64,000 nucleotides of DNA from an uncultured virus (IMG/VR IMGVR_UViG_3300017747_004150). Taxonomy: Duplodnaviria > Heunggongvirae > Uroviricota > Caudoviricetes. The position numbers and the translations under genes were made by a program. Of the stretch, positions 46,568-56,122 are shown piece by piece. The stretch lies in IMG/VR virus record IMGVR_UViG_3300017747_004150; one strand, 5' to 3'. Position 1 is the stretch's first letter, and each line of letters begins with the position of its first letter. The notes under the pieces are model-generated. The model saw nothing but the letters and a program-made list of their open reading frames with translations, had not been told where the DNA came from and searched no databases.

Positions 46568-47134
46568 CTACACCAGTTGTCGTTCCGTTATCAGGGCAAA
46601 GTCAAATGATTTCAGCATGGATTTGTCGGCAGCTGCCAATAGTTTTTCCATTGATGCCCACCGTTGAATCACTATACAGCCCTTACTCCAGTTGTCCACG
46701 TCGGCTGGAGTAAATCCATCACGGGTTGAGTGAAGGTTGGTTCCAATTATTCCGGAAAAGATTGTGGTCGGGTCGAATTGCTTCCCGTCCTTCATGCGGT
46801 AATACTGAGCCGGTTTAATCTGCTTCAAGCATGGATGATCCTTTTTCCCCTTGTGAAACCCGAAAGCGTATAGTCCTTTGTAGAATCCGGCTTTCATGGT
46901 TGCCGTCCCTTCTGGGATAGCACTTCCGTGTTTTTGAAAGCCGGGATCCGTCGTACCATTGTAAGCTGCAAATTCCCATCCGCCTTCCGGCTTCTTCAAT
47001 GCCCAGAACACAAGGTCGTCCCATTCATTTGTGAATTGTTCAGACGCACGAACGGCACCGACGTTAAATACCGGGTTCCACGGATATTCAAGGGCTTTGT
47101 ATGCCGCTTGCAGGGATTCCAGGGTTAGGATCAT
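46568..47134 (-). CDS. Endolysin candidate, L,D-transpeptidase-like
   Basis: TTDPG...GTNLHST...NWSKGCIV His/Cys motif; flanked by membrane and lipoprotein genes. Confidence 0.7.
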   Translation of the reverse strand: MILTLESLQAAYKALEYPWNPVFNVGAVRASEQFTNEWDDLVFWALKKPEGGWEFAAYNGTTDPGFQKHGSAIPEGTATMKAGFYKGLYAFGFHKGKKDHPCLKQIKPAQYYRMKDGKQFDPTTIFSGIIGTNLHSTRDGFTPADVDNWSKGCIVIQRWASMEKLLAAADKSMLKSFDFALITERQLV

Positions 47135-47442
47135 TGCTTAAACGTCGGAATACCCAAAAGCCCCTTCCCGAACGCACCTGCTTTGCCCCAGAAATCCCGT
47201 TTAAAAGCACGACGCTGAACCAGACTGTCAAGAACAGCCGTTTTGTCCTTCATGTGCATTACCACTGTTTCAAGCGAATCCCTTTTCCGGTCCCCGTCCA
47301 TAATTTTCTGTTCCAACAGGGAGATGGATTGCCGGTGAATGGAATCGCTGATCTGAATTTGCAATTGCAGGTCGACATTGTTGGGCTCGTCCGGTCCACA
47401 GGAAAACAAAACCAGAAATAGAAAAAAAATGTACGTTTTCAT
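47131..47442 (-). CDS. Lipoprotein, spanin candidate
   Basis: MKTYIFFLFLVLFS-C lipobox followed by a coiled coil. Confidence 0.6.
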   Translation of the reverse strand: MKTYIFFLFLVLFSCGPDEPNNVDLQLQIQISDSIHRQSISLLEQKIMDGDRKRDSLETVVMHMKDKTAVLDSLVQRRAFKRDFWGKAGAFGKGLLGIPTFKQ

Positions 47443-47454
47443 ATAAGTGAATTT

Positions 47455-47781
47455 TTATTTAATACCATTCCGTTTTTTGTATTCTTCAGTCCCCTCCTCT
47501 GGCTCTTTCTTTCTCCAGTCACGGGCGCGTTTAACAAGTGTCATTGACACCATGACAAAGTTCATTACCAGTATCGACCCGGATAATACTTTGGCCACCA
47601 CCGACCAGGATTGCGAAAAGAAAGTAAGCCAGACTCCCAGGTCGTGTAAAATAGAACTAAGCCAAAGAAAGGCACAAGACCATCCAACCAACAAGGTATC
47701 TCTTTTTACGGGACAAAAGAAATGATTGTGGTAATAGGACGGAGCCACAGAGATGTGGTGAAGAAATGTTCTGATGCCCAT
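47455..47781 (-). CDS. Membrane protein (holin candidate)
   Basis: Two hydrophobic segments and a charged C-terminal tail. Confidence 0.6.
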   Translation of the reverse strand: MGIRTFLHHISVAPSYYHNHFFCPVKRDTLLVGWSCAFLWLSSILHDLGVWLTFFSQSWSVVAKVLSGSILVMNFVMVSMTLVKRARDWRKKEPEEGTEEYKKRNGIK

Positions 47782-47786
47782 TTGGT

Positions 47787-48200
47787 TTACTCAAAATTTA
47801 AAGCCTTCCAAGTTGTTTTAGTCCAAGGCTCAATTCCTAACAGCCAGCCGATCACTCGTTCTTCTGTCAATTTGGTGCCACGGAATTCAGAGTTGCCACG
47901 TATCCGTTCCCAGATCTTTATGTACTCTTCATCCGTATGGTTAACCGGACGGATATCGGCTTTCTCCCCAATATTCTCGGAACGCCACTGGTGCAATTCC
48001 ATTGTCACCGACCACTTACCGGTCCATGGATCTCGCTGCATTACACATGCAACAGGACGAATCAGGTTGGGAACAGGCGACGCCATGTGACATTTGATGG
48101 CTACAGATTTCATTGGTGATCGAAAACGCTTCCAAAACCAATTGGTTTCCGGGACGTAGTACACCGTCAGCATGGCAAATGTTTGTTGGATTGTGCTCAT
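47787..48200 (-). CDS. Hypothetical protein
   Basis: Likely start MSTIQQ, ATGA-coupled. Confidence 0.6.
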   Translation of the reverse strand: MSTIQQTFAMLTVYYVPETNWFWKRFRSPMKSVAIKCHMASPVPNLIRPVACVMQRDPWTGKWSVTMELHQWRSENIGEKADIRPVNHTDEEYIKIWERIRGNSEFRGTKLTEERVIGWLLGIEPWTKTTWKALNFE

Positions 48201-48634
48201 GACGGATCGTTGTGGTAAAATGGTTCCAGATGTTCTTTTACGTCCTCCCACGCAATAAATGGGTGAGATTTTTCGTCAATAATCTTTAAAAGTTCCTGGT
48301 AGGACAGAGATTGGTTGTAATCGACCTCCACCACTTCATTGTTCAATTCTTTTACCGCTTTGCGGAATGCTCTTTCGTTTTCTTCATTGAACTGGTAGCC
48401 ACCATCAGCAGTTAAAATCTTTGCCCTTGTCTTTTCGTCCCGGATGCAATACTTTAATCGAAGATCTTCCAGTTTTTCGTTGTAGTCTTCAAAAGCACTG
48501 GTAAGTATTTTTTTTAGCAACCTGTTTTGCATAACTACTGGCACTGGATTAATGGCTGCATCGTAAAGTTTCTGCAGGACACCGATCTGTCCCTGGAACT
48601 CCAAAAGTTGTTTGTAGGTTTTATCTGTCTTCAT
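48197..48634 (-). CDS. Helical protein, possible tail-fibre chaperone
   Basis: 145 aa; located downstream of the tail fibre gene. Confidence 0.6.
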   Translation of the reverse strand: MKTDKTYKQLLEFQGQIGVLQKLYDAAINPVPVVMQNRLLKKILTSAFEDYNEKLEDLRLKYCIRDEKTRAKILTADGGYQFNEENERAFRKAVKELNNEVVEVDYNQSLSYQELLKIIDEKSHPFIAWEDVKEHLEPFYHNDPS

Positions 48635-48714
48635 AAACAGTCTTTAAAGCCGAAATATACACACATCTATCTAAACTAGGCAAATGGGGTTCCCAAATCC
48701 GTTTTCTTTGCAAT

Positions 48715-49407
48715 ATGAAAAAAATTCTTATTGTAATTGCCTTCTTGCTGACGGGGTCGGTAGAGGCGCAACGGGTTCTGGTTGCCGGAACATCTATTGA
48801 CTATGGCCTAAAAGCCACACACCCCGATTCTGGATGGGTCCCAAGGGTTGCATTGGCACTTGGTTGGCAGGTAGTAAACAAGGCGCTTCCGAACGCCACA
48901 TATCTGGATAGCACGAACTACAAGCTAATTCCACAATTGCGAAGCCAGAAAGGTCAGCATTTTGACATTATCATTCTTGGTGGTCCGACAAACGATGCAC
49001 AACCGCCCTACAAGGGAGGGAACAAAGTTAGAAGGGCATATAAGAGAGTTTTGGATTCTGTCAATCTATGGTGGCCCAATGCAACCATTATTCACATGAC
49101 ACCCATTCCAAGCCGTCATCCAATTGTTCCGCAGATAACCCTTGATACCCTCATAACTCCAATGGTCATAGCCAATCGGGAAGGGAATCTAATCTGCAAT
49201 TTCGCACAACTGCCGCCTTTCATTCTAAGCATAGACCGACTGCACCCAAACGATCAGGGATACCGATACATGGCAAATGCCTTTATTCAATGGTGGACAC
49301 AAGGACGGGATAACGACTTCATCAAAGTACCTGCCGGACCGATTCAACACTATCAAGAGTTCAACATTGGTGGATGTCGCTTCTGGAAGGCGATTAGGCG
49401 AGAATAA
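48715..49407 (+). CDS. Secreted SGNH/GDSL hydrolase
   Basis: Signal peptide ending VEA-Q; GTSI (block I), GPTND (block III), DRLHPN (block V). Confidence 0.85.
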   Translation: MKKILIVIAFLLTGSVEAQRVLVAGTSIDYGLKATHPDSGWVPRVALALGWQVVNKALPNATYLDSTNYKLIPQLRSQKGQHFDIIILGGPTNDAQPPYKGGNKVRRAYKRVLDSVNLWWPNATIIHMTPIPSRHPIVPQITLDTLITPMVIANREGNLICNFAQLPPFILSIDRLHPNDQGYRYMANAFIQWWTQGRDNDFIKVPAGPIQHYQEFNIGGCRFWKAIRRE

Positions 49408-49415
49408 TTGCTTTC

Positions 49416-52352
49416 CTATGCCCTAGCCAGAAGCTTGTAGGTTGTTCCATTAATTACCATTGTTACCGTTGTATCGCTTATAACCGTTTCCGTGGTTACT
49501 GTTTGGGTCAACCTAATATTACCATCAAATTGAGAAACTCCACCTTGAACCCATAAAGCATATGAATTAGTAAGGGTAGCGTTAGTCCCTGCGACTGGCG
49601 CACCGGATATTGCGAACGTAGCGGCATTGGTAATCGTAGATGCACCAACAAATGAATAGGTAGGGGCGGTTATAAGGAACTCTCTTTGCGTACCGATTGC
49701 CCCCGTAGACCATTGCCTACCAGTGCTAGTCCAACTAAATGATGAAATCTCTGTGGTTGAACTTTGACCAGTATTTAATGGTCCTGTAAAAGCAAACCCT
49801 TTTATGGCTCCTGACGCTTGAACAACAGGCGTAAGCGTTAGTTGTCCATTACCCACTAATTGCATCACCGAACTCGCCCCACCATACCATTGAAAGCTAT
49901 AAGCCGCAGAGTTATTTTGTAGGGTAAACCAAAAGCTAAACGTATCTAAGCCTATTGCAAAATCATTGGCACTTCCCGATGCGAATGTATTAGATAATAC
50001 AATTTTTGTTCCGAGCGACCTAGCACCAGTTATTGTTGGAGCAGCAGCACCTGCGGCCCCAAAATTTATCCATCGCATTGTGGCTCCCGTAAAGCTAATA
50101 GCAGCGGAAGCGGTACTTCCTGCCCCCGACAGAATAATAGCCCCACCAGATGCTAAACTAAAAGTTGTAGACCCTGAAAAGGTTTTTGCTCCTGCCCAAG
50201 TTTGTGTTCCCGTACTGACCATGCCGGGAGTTGTGGCATCCGCAGGACCAAATGTTATAGTGGTTCCTGTAATGTTCGCACCGTTTGTCTGGGCCGATCC
50301 AGAGAATGTCCCTACCGTTGTCACTCCGCCGCCACCACCACCGCCAGCACCAAGGCTAACCCATGCACCGTTGATGTATGCCTGTAATGCGTTTGCGCTT
50401 GAATTATAAACCAAATCACCGTTTGCTGGAGAAGAAGGCTGCCCAGCTAGTGTTCCGACATTTATACCTGCATTGGTAGCGTTAGGCGCAAAAGTTTGTT
50501 TAACACCTGCCGTCCAACTATTTGCCAGTCCAACATATGCCACTGTTCCACCACTACCGAAGGCAATAGAACTAGCGTCTGTGCCAGTAAAGGTTAGAGT
50601 GTTGGATGCTGTCAGCGTTTTACCGTCAGCAATAGTGAGGGTACTTCCTGTTGCCGGAGCCGTAAAAGCCACTTTGTTGATCGAGGTAGCTGATGCCACC
50701 CCAAGAACAGGCGTGGTTAGCGTAACGAAAGTTCCGTTGGTCGTAGCCCCAGTAATACCACCGAAAGCCCCCGCGTTGTTGTATTGTAGCTGCGTATCTG
50801 ACCCGCCCGGAGAACCACCGGCTCCGGTAGCAGTGAGTTCCCCTGTAATAGAAAGATTAAGTCCGGTTCCAATAATAATTTCCTGCATCGGCCCGTCACC
50901 GGCAGACCACCGCCCCACAAGTGTGGTGGCAGTAATGTTCTGCATCTTAGCGAAGGTTACGGCCTCATCAGAAATCAATAAAGACCCCGTGTTGTCAATT
51001 GTAGCGTCACCGTACATAGCCACACCCACCGCAGCGTTGGCGGCGTTACCCACGTAAATGTATGTATCGGTTAATCCTGTCCCTAGTTTATTGGCAAGGG
51101 CCGCCGTAAGGCCCGTCACCTGGGCAATATCTATGGCCGGAATATCTCCAGCCGAAAGCAGTTCCCACGAAGGATTGCCGGACGATACCGACCGAAGGAA
51201 TCTGTTTGTTGCTGTTGCGTTCGGTGCCAGTTTTGTTGTAACTCCTGCCACTCCACCATAAATCATCTGACCTGGCCCATCCATTGGGTTTACAAGCCCT
51301 GGGCTCCAAGTAGCAACTCCTCCAGTGTATAGAATTGTGTCACCATTGGTTGCCCCGGTAGTATCCAAATAGTCTGTCATTGGAACGGCTGCACTGATTG
51401 CAGTACCATTTCCTTTTAGAATCCCGGTAACAGAAGTTCTCAGTGTTACTGTCGAAACTCCTGCAGAAGTTACAGAAGATCCAGCAAAGCCATTTGCAGA
51501 AGCAATTGCAACCGAATTAACCGTACCTCCACCAGCAAAAGGCACCCAGGATCTTACTCCTGCCGTTGTGCTTGACAAAACATAGCCATTAACAGCTGGG
51601 AGTCCAAGATAGTTTTCCCTGTTGCTGATTTGTGCTTGCAGCTTACCGAGCGCACCAATCCATGTATCAGTATTGGCAAGTATGGCATTTGCTCCAATTG
51701 TGTACCCGGTAATTGGGTTTGCTGCCTGGATGTATCGATTGTCAAATAAAGTATCTCCGGCAGAAACTCCATACCCAGCCAATGTTGTCGGAACGGATCC
51801 TAAATTAGAGAACAACACTTGGCGCATGGTTTTATCCCAAGCGTAGAATTGTCCGGAACTACCAGTATTTATGGATGCTTGCTTTCCGGAAAACAAAGAG
51901 TTTAAAGAAGCGTTTGCTAATGGATCTCCACCAATGTCAGAAAAGTCCTGGGTTATACTCAGCTGATTAAGCTTTTGAACTTGCGCCAGTGTCAGGTGGA
52001 AAAACTCATCAAGAATTGAACTGCCACCCTGTTTTCCAGTGGTCTGGTCATTGTGTGATACTACTACCGTAGATGCGGCAACATAAGAAACTGGCAGGGC
52101 ATACGTCAACGAAGCCGGCACGTTATTAAGATCCAGGTTGTTCACCAGAACCGTCAATGCGTTTGCCTGTTGCTCCTCAGATAAAGCTGAATCCGAAGAT
52201 TGCTGTTGCATGTAATTGCAAGTCAGCAATTCAAATCCAATATCTAAATCGGTGGTTTGAGAATCAACATCAAAAACAAAATCGTCCGCCAAAGACGACA
52301 TTGCTGAAATTGATTTGCTCAGAAACTCAATTTTATTATCAATGTATGCCAT
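49416..52352 (-). CDS. Tail fibre protein
   Basis: 978 aa; Gly/Ala/Thr-rich with fibre-type motifs (PTTLAGYG, GILKGNGTAISAA, GGSDTQLQYNNAG); ends INGTTYKLLA. Confidence 0.85.
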   Translation of the reverse strand: MAYIDNKIEFLSKSISAMSSLADDFVFDVDSQTTDLDIGFELLTCNYMQQQSSDSALSEEQQANALTVLVNNLDLNNVPASLTYALPVSYVAASTVVVSHNDQTTGKQGGSSILDEFFHLTLAQVQKLNQLSITQDFSDIGGDPLANASLNSLFSGKQASINTGSSGQFYAWDKTMRQVLFSNLGSVPTTLAGYGVSAGDTLFDNRYIQAANPITGYTIGANAILANTDTWIGALGKLQAQISNRENYLGLPAVNGYVLSSTTAGVRSWVPFAGGGTVNSVAIASANGFAGSSVTSAGVSTVTLRTSVTGILKGNGTAISAAVPMTDYLDTTGATNGDTILYTGGVATWSPGLVNPMDGPGQMIYGGVAGVTTKLAPNATATNRFLRSVSSGNPSWELLSAGDIPAIDIAQVTGLTAALANKLGTGLTDTYIYVGNAANAAVGVAMYGDATIDNTGSLLISDEAVTFAKMQNITATTLVGRWSAGDGPMQEIIIGTGLNLSITGELTATGAGGSPGGSDTQLQYNNAGAFGGITGATTNGTFVTLTTPVLGVASATSINKVAFTAPATGSTLTIADGKTLTASNTLTFTGTDASSIAFGSGGTVAYVGLANSWTAGVKQTFAPNATNAGINVGTLAGQPSSPANGDLVYNSSANALQAYINGAWVSLGAGGGGGGGVTTVGTFSGSAQTNGANITGTTITFGPADATTPGMVSTGTQTWAGAKTFSGSTTFSLASGGAIILSGAGSTASAAISFTGATMRWINFGAAGAAAPTITGARSLGTKIVLSNTFASGSANDFAIGLDTFSFWFTLQNNSAAYSFQWYGGASSVMQLVGNGQLTLTPVVQASGAIKGFAFTGPLNTGQSSTTEISSFSWTSTGRQWSTGAIGTQREFLITAPTYSFVGASTITNAATFAISGAPVAGTNATLTNSYALWVQGGVSQFDGNIRLTQTVTTETVISDTTVTMVINGTTYKLLARA

Positions 52353-52365
52353 GGAGTTTTTGAAT

Positions 52366-53172
52366 TTAACAGCCGCAATCTTTTTTAACTTGTTCCAAAT
52401 AGGTCACCCAGGTAGTATATGATACCACTGCATTAATGAACGCAAAATCCCGCAGGTTAGATACAAACGAAACCTCCAACATTTGAGCCTTGAGAAACGG
52501 CAAAAACTCACACTTCTCGTGAATGGTGTCGTCATTGTATTTCCGAAGCAACGAAACCATTCTGGAAAGCGCAATGCAATAGATCCCAATACCAGGACAA
52601 CTTCCACCATACCATCCTGCCGTTGATGCATAGATGTATGGCAGATTTTGTTCCTCATAATTTGTGAGAACCGTATTTTCCGGAACCGCTATCAAATAAA
52701 TTTCATTTACTCCTTCCGGTATCCCAGTAACAGTAATCTCATAAGGAATTAATTGAGGATCCTGCTCAAAAGCAAATGTCCAGAATGATCCGGTAGCATC
52801 ATAATTAATCCAGCCTACATACAAATCGACCTCCGACCTTTTTGGTCTGTTTGGGTCAAACCCGGCGCTTTCTGGATTATATCCCCAGGTGTTTGTTGTG
52901 CCATTGTAATCGCCGGTACTATCGACTACTACCACTGAACTACATGCCGTATCAACAGTTGAGATGGTTGGCTTTAAAACAAGAAGCCCGTTAAGGGGTG
53001 GTGGATTAATTATGCCAGTCGTAGTGTTTTTGCCGGAAGTAAAAACATTCAACGGAGGAAGCGTCTGAGCCCCTCCGGTTATATTTGAGCCAACGGAAAC
53101 AACATTTATCAGCGGCAGTGTGCTTGCTCCCGCTGTTGCCGACGCACCGGTAAGAAGACCTGCTATTGCCAT
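52366..53172 (-). CDS. Putative tail hub/fibre attachment protein
   Basis: DSTGDYN...GY motif; C-terminal DCGC; three N-terminal (L/P)P(L/P)(I/L)N repeats. Confidence 0.55.
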   Translation of the reverse strand: MAIAGLLTGASATAGASTLPLINVVSVGSNITGGAQTLPPLNVFTSGKNTTTGIINPPPLNGLLVLKPTISTVDTACSSVVVVDSTGDYNGTTNTWGYNPESAGFDPNRPKRSEVDLYVGWINYDATGSFWTFAFEQDPQLIPYEITVTGIPEGVNEIYLIAVPENTVLTNYEEQNLPYIYASTAGWYGGSCPGIGIYCIALSRMVSLLRKYNDDTIHEKCEFLPFLKAQMLEVSFVSNLRDFAFINAVVSYTTWVTYLEQVKKDCGC

Positions 53173-53174
53173 GA

Positions 53175-53984
53175 TTAAAAATATCCGTAAGAAGCGACCT
53201 GGCTGTAATAAATTGATGGAATGTTCTGATACACCTCGTAATACTCAAGCGTATCGGAAAACAAGATATTGAATCTTGTGTTGGAAGTCAAAAGCGTGTC
53301 CTGGCTCCCAAATGGATTCAACAGGTACCAAACATACAGTGGAAACTGATTTGTATTGGCAAATGCCGTACCTGCGGTTCCGGGAGCAAAAGTTGTTGTT
53401 CTTGTGACCTGGCACTGAATAACATTTGCAGATCCAGGGTTTGAGTTTGGATCGTTTGTTTCCGAAAACTGAGTCAGATTGATGATTGACGTGTCGCAAT
53501 AAATAGTAGGATCTCCACTGTTTGGAGTTCTGAATGCCCGCAAATAAGGAAGCTTGCGAGTATTTGAATTTGATCCAGCCCCAATCAATGTTTTAATTCG
53601 AACATAAATGTTTTGATTCTGCCGGATTTTGCCGCGTGAGAAAGCATAAGCCAATGCCGTTACTGTGTTTGCTGCACCAGCAACCAAAGTAATTGTACTT
53701 GCAGCGACAGCTTCTACCGTTCCAACAAGAATCCACTCAACGCCATCATACGCTGCCATAACATCTCCAACCTGTGCATTGGCTGTAAAGTCTGGTCCCG
53801 AATCTTTTGTGACCGTGTCATTCCCAGATGTTGCCGTTGCAGTACCTGCCACTTCAACGTATGATCCGATAATGTCGGACTGAGCGGGCTCGGTGTTGTT
53901 TGTCAGGTTTCCGGTAGCCCTGGCGATTGCGGCAACTGCTTCTGTTGGTTGCCAAAAGGTAATTTCAAAAGTATCAGATGCCAT
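53175..53984 (-). CDS. Putative virion structural protein
   Basis: 269 aa; Thr/Ala-rich beta-type sequence in the structural block. Confidence 0.6.
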   Translation of the reverse strand: MASDTFEITFWQPTEAVAAIARATGNLTNNTEPAQSDIIGSYVEVAGTATATSGNDTVTKDSGPDFTANAQVGDVMAAYDGVEWILVGTVEAVAASTITLVAGAANTVTALAYAFSRGKIRQNQNIYVRIKTLIGAGSNSNTRKLPYLRAFRTPNSGDPTIYCDTSIINLTQFSETNDPNSNPGSANVIQCQVTRTTTFAPGTAGTAFANTNQFPLYVWYLLNPFGSQDTLLTSNTRFNILFSDTLEYYEVYQNIPSIYYSQVASYGYF

Positions 53985-53998
53985 TGTTATAAGCGTTA

Positions 53999-54796
53999 TT
54001 AGTTGTTGTGCAAATCTATAAGTTTTTCGACTTTAGAAATATAGTTATTTCTCAGTGACTGAATCTGTTTAAGCATAGACTTCAGTTGCCATGTGTGCCG
54101 CATTGGTGGGTTTTCAATTGGAAATTCCGGCATAACAAAGTCCGGATGTATCCCTCTGTTTTTGCAGATGTCCATTATCAGCGACTGTTCGGCAAAAACC
54201 ATCATGCCGTAATTCGAATAATTGTCAGATGGCTGTGCCGGATTGTGCTCCATAAAAAATTTGGCTTCCTGCAGATATTCGTCCCGGATGCTTTCATCCA
54301 AAAAACAAACCAAGCACATATTCAGCCCTTCAAAAGTATTCCGCTCACGCATCCACGGTTGCCGAGTGTATCCTTCTGGATAAACCAGGTTCTCCAATTC
54401 TCCTTTGGCGTCATCAAAGTGAGCCGTTAAGATCCGGGTGTTTGGCTTAATGTAGTTGGCTACCGCATCGTTTAGCGAAGCATCGATGTCAATAAATGTG
54501 GTGCCGCATGGATATTGGTTGTATGCGTAAATTTTGATGGCAGCCCAAAACACTATTTGGTTGACCGATTCCGGAACTTCTACTATTTTGTATTCATCAT
54601 AAAGTTCGATCAAACCGGTTTCAATCGCGTAATCCAGAAAATACCGGTTGCAGACCAGAAACATTTTGGCGTTATGCTTTCGCCACTCCAATACTGAAAG
54701 TCGTAGTGTTATGATCTCAAAATCAAACAAGGATTGCCCCGGCTTACGAAAGCCGTAAATGTGGCATCCGTTCCCTACAAATTGCTGGATGTCCAT
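53999..54796 (-). CDS. GT-A-like protein (DUF6734-like)
   Basis: FWAAIKIYAY...FIDID DxD motif, AEQ and a C-terminal His. Confidence 0.6.
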   Translation of the reverse strand: MDIQQFVGNGCHIYGFRKPGQSLFDFEIITLRLSVLEWRKHNAKMFLVCNRYFLDYAIETGLIELYDEYKIVEVPESVNQIVFWAAIKIYAYNQYPCGTTFIDIDASLNDAVANYIKPNTRILTAHFDDAKGELENLVYPEGYTRQPWMRERNTFEGLNMCLVCFLDESIRDEYLQEAKFFMEHNPAQPSDNYSNYGMMVFAEQSLIMDICKNRGIHPDFVMPEFPIENPPMRHTWQLKSMLKQIQSLRNNYISKVEKLIDLHNN

Positions 54797-54987
54797 GCGA
54801 GAAGTGTTTCTAACCTTACGGTGTCCAATGAAATATTTTGACAGTAGTTTGCTTCCTGGACAATAAAAAACCTTCTACGAAATTGCTCGTTGCCCATCAA
54901 GCGGGAGTTCGCTTTAGAGACATCACTTTGCAGTGCCCGATCTGTTATCGTCTGCAATCGTTTCTGTGCTTCGCTTAAAGTATCCAT
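54775..54987 (-). CDS. Small hypothetical protein
   Basis: Likely start MDTLSE at 54987. Confidence 0.6.
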   Translation of the reverse strand: MDTLSEAQKRLQTITDRALQSDVSKANSRLMGNEQFRRRFFIVQEANYCQNISLDTVRLETLLAWTSSNL

Positions 54988-55001
54988 GAAGCAAAGAAAA
55001 C

Positions 55002-55028
55002 AAAAAAGCCCCACATTTCTGTGAGGCT
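55002..55028 (-). terminator. Rho-independent terminator
   Basis: AGCCTCAC-AGAAAT-GTGGGGCT followed by a T run. Confidence 0.75.
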
Positions 55029-55050
55029 CTTAATATCAGGTGATCACCAA

Positions 55051-56043
55051 TTAAATAGCTTCCACATCACCGGCAATCTTCTTTTTCTCCGTCTCGATTA
55101 TTTTCAGGAGATACTGCTTGGATAGATTACCTGCTTCTGAAGCAAGGAATTCTTCCAAAATCCGGTGCTGGCGCTCTGCCGTATCACCTTCCTTGTAGTT
55201 GACAATCCCTTTGTTCTTGTCTTTTTTCGGGAAGATCCAGCCTCTTTCCCCAGGACTGTTTTCCAACAACCCAAGATTTTGAGCGTCTGCAATAGCCAGC
55301 TTCAACCGGTTTACATCAAGCTGGTCAATACATTTCATTACCCGATCTGCATTGTTTTCAAGGAACGGCTGGATGTAGGCAACCAGATATGGCGTAGCCT
55401 TGTTTCCGGAGTATGGTGCGTTGGCATCCAATGAACGGGCCAGATCGTAGAGAAGTTCTGGTACCTCTTTGATTGCTTTGTACGCATCCAGAACTCTTTC
55501 TCTTTTCTGAATCTTTTCGTACTGAGCCAAAATTGCAGCATCGTCATCCCGGCGACGGAACATGAATGTTTCTCCGTGTGGAGGCTTTAACCCCAAACAG
55601 TTGTTTTCATTGTATGGGTTCATCATCATGGCGATGAACAAAAGCTTGTGCTCGGTATTCTTTTTGTGAAGAACCACCTGGGCTCCGCTGTTGCCGTCAA
55701 ACGTAGCACGTATTGGAATTGGTCCATTGCCATCCGAACTGGTGAAGGCACATATTTTATACGGGTGCCCTGTTTCCGGATCCTGAATGGTATAGCTGGC
55801 CGAAAACGGGAATATCCCAACGGTTTGCACAAATCGGACCTGTTCGCCTTCTGCTTTCTGATCACTTCCAGACCGGGCTCTTTGGTTTACCCACATGTGA
55901 GGGCACAACTCAAATATTTCCTGGTCCTTCATTTCCGGAACCCTGGCAAACAAATGATCGCAATCATTATACGGTTCCTGATCTTTCACTTTGTAGGGCT
56001 TCAGTCCTACAATTTTTGTTTCTGGTTTAGTAGTTGCTGTCAT
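55051..56043 (-). CDS. Capsid-adjacent protein of unknown function
   Basis: 330 aa directly downstream of the major capsid gene. Confidence 0.7.
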   Translation of the reverse strand: MTATTKPETKIVGLKPYKVKDQEPYNDCDHLFARVPEMKDQEIFELCPHMWVNQRARSGSDQKAEGEQVRFVQTVGIFPFSASYTIQDPETGHPYKICAFTSSDGNGPIPIRATFDGNSGAQVVLHKKNTEHKLLFIAMMMNPYNENNCLGLKPPHGETFMFRRRDDDAAILAQYEKIQKRERVLDAYKAIKEVPELLYDLARSLDANAPYSGNKATPYLVAYIQPFLENNADRVMKCIDQLDVNRLKLAIADAQNLGLLENSPGERGWIFPKKDKNKGIVNYKEGDTAERQHRILEEFLASEAGNLSKQYLLKIIETEKKKIAGDVEAI

Positions 56044-56069
56044 AAAATTTAAGTTTAATTCAAAACAAC

Positions 56070-56091
56070 AAAAGCGGCTCCGAAGAACCGC
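56070..56091 (-). terminator. Rho-independent terminator after the capsid gene
   Basis: GCGGTTC-TTCG-GAGCCGC-TTTT. Confidence 0.75.
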
Positions 56092-56122
56092 CCTTGTTCG
56101 ATAAGATTCTACAATAGACCGA

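Noticed and set aside
49416..52352. Diversity-generating retroelement or invertase-based fibre switching
   Set aside because: No reverse transcriptase, template repeat, invertase or inverted cassettes in the window.
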